Source: Candidatus Saccharimonadales bacterium (lineage in GTDB: Bacteria > Patescibacteriota > Saccharimonadia > Saccharimonadales > UBA4665). Taken from it: DNA of 64,000 nt. Made by a program: the position numbers and the translations under genes. The stretch lies in the NCBI GenBank assembly GCA_036263915.1, contig DATASD010000005.1, positions 75,059-139,058 of the forward strand, written 5' to 3'. This document shows positions 63,162-64,000 of this stretch, in pieces. Position 1 is the first letter of the stretch, and each line of letters opens with the position of its first letter. A model generated the notes under the pieces. The model worked only from the letters and a program-made list of their open reading frames with translations, was not told the origin of the DNA and made no database searches.

Positions 63162-64000
63162 TTATTCTGTGCCCGGCTCACGGATAAAATGTGAGTCAAA
63201 ATCGTCCATGAGATGTAAATTGAGATACATTTCGTTTGCCTGGAACCCAACACCGCTGGGAAATGGAGTAAGGTTCGCCGGAAACGCCACAATGGGCGGC
63301 ACCCATTTATCGAGATTGAGGTCGTTGACTGTGTATTCGTGTGCAACTGCATCATCGGGCGAAAGGTTAAGATTGGCGATTGATGCAATGGTACGCCAGT
63401 CAGCCTCGTGAGCGACTAATTCGCGATTGCTCAGTGCCGCAGCCCATGGGCCTTCCATGAGCTGTGCCATCTGGAGCGGATCAGTATTTGGCTGAACGTG
63501 ATCGGTTACCTCCCGAACACTATCTTCGGTGGGGCCAAAAATAAATTCTGTTGCCGCACTCGCTGATTCTTTGCGAAGCTCACTAAAAACTACTGATGCA
63601 GGGTGCGCATGGTCGATGGTCGCATGCCAGGTGTCGTCCTCGTAGGTGGCAACATTGCGAAGCTTTTCTGGAAATAGACCCAGGGTAGTTTTGGTATCCA
63701 GCGGGATAGCCCATCCATCCCGATGCTGCTGTGCATCGTGCGCAGGCATCAATCCAAGGTTATTCGAAATAAGTTGCTCATCGCCGTCGTTATGCAACAC
63801 AATCCAACGCGCAGCCGCTACCGGCCCAAGCAGCCGCTGCAAGCGAAGAATTCGGCTGTTGTTCGTGTTGTCGGGGGTAATGATGCCCGTTTCGTACAGC
63901 GCCTTCATGGTAGGGTAGGCCTCGTACCGCGTATTGAATTCTTTGCCGCGCACAAAGAGACCGGCAACGAACGGCACTGCTACGCGGGTCCAATCGTCGA
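63162..64000 (-). CDS. hypothetical protein, possibly 5'-partial (frame open to right edge; GTG at 63977)
   Basis: The minus-strand frame of ORF 63162..63977 continues without a stop to nt 64000 (..DDWTRVAV-PFVAGLF..). No motif recognised. Confidence 0.45.
   Translation of the reverse strand, partial: DDWTRVAVPFVAGLFVRGKEFNTRYEAYPTMKALYETGIITPDNTNNSRILRLQRLLGPVAAARWIVLHNDGDEQLISNNLGLMPAHDAQQHRDGWAIPLDTKTTLGLFPEKLRNVATYEDDTWHATIDHAHPASVVFSELRKESASAATEFIFGPTEDSVREVTDHVQPNTDPLQMAQLMEGPWAAALSNRELVAHEADWRTIASIANLNLSPDDAVAHEYTVNDLNLDKWVPPIVAFPANLTPFPSGVGFQANEMYLNLHLMDDFDSHFIREPGTE

Noticed and set aside
1-64000. Alternative genetic code (UGA recoding, as in some CPR lineages) and CRISPR arrays
   Set aside because: All conserved genes translate full-length with the standard code, and TGA is used as a stop (for example trpS at 42506-42508). 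I saw no short regularly spaced direct repeats anywhere in the window.

Overview
This 64-kb window is from a small-genome bacterium. It is most consistent with Patescibacteria/CPR, possibly Saccharibacteria-like. The evidence is that rpsE runs straight into rplO with no L30 gene, adk and map are missing after secY, many ribosomal proteins have Lys/Ala-rich tails, and TGA is used as a stop codon. The backbone is the str-S10-spc-alpha ribosomal superoperon (rpsL to rpsI, about nt 3786-39454), followed by housekeeping genes (trpS, an rluD fusion, holB), three tRNAs, rpmG, and a minus-strand alpha-glucan cluster (GT, GH57, GH15). From about 51 kb onward the region is accessory. The superoperon is interrupted four times. 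(1) A 116-aa ORF lies between rpsG and fusA. (2) A chorismate mutase and a convergent PLP threonine-dehydratase-like gene lie between fusA and tuf; the dehydratase-like gene is preceded by an Ile-rich leader peptide and attenuator. (3) A 13.9-kb block lies between rpsJ and rplC. It holds two small genes and FIVE tandem full-length paralogs of about 850 aa. Each paralog has a conserved C-terminal Cys...His...Asp signature with transglutaminase-like (papain-fold) spacing, a variable Pro/Glu/Thr-rich N-terminus, and no visible signal peptide. (4) A 150-aa ORF sits where adk and map normally are. The paralog array is my candidate for the undescribed system. I read it as a diversifying family of putative cysteine-protease/transglutaminase-like effectors embedded in the most conserved operon of the genome, with its own terminator and promoter boundaries. 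The accessory region contains a precisely delimited 2705-bp IS1595-family element with 27-bp terminal inverted repeats (26/27 identical) and an 8-bp target duplication TCCGTTCC. Its cargo includes a class II tRNA with anticodon GTA but discriminator G73, and a riboswitch-like leader upstream of two tiny membrane proteins. The accessory region also encodes an HExxH protein, an operon of acidic proteins ending in a protein with a JAMM-like motif, a TrmB-type regulator, and NTase-like and Nudix-like genes. All functional calls rest on motif recognition by eye. No searches were run.
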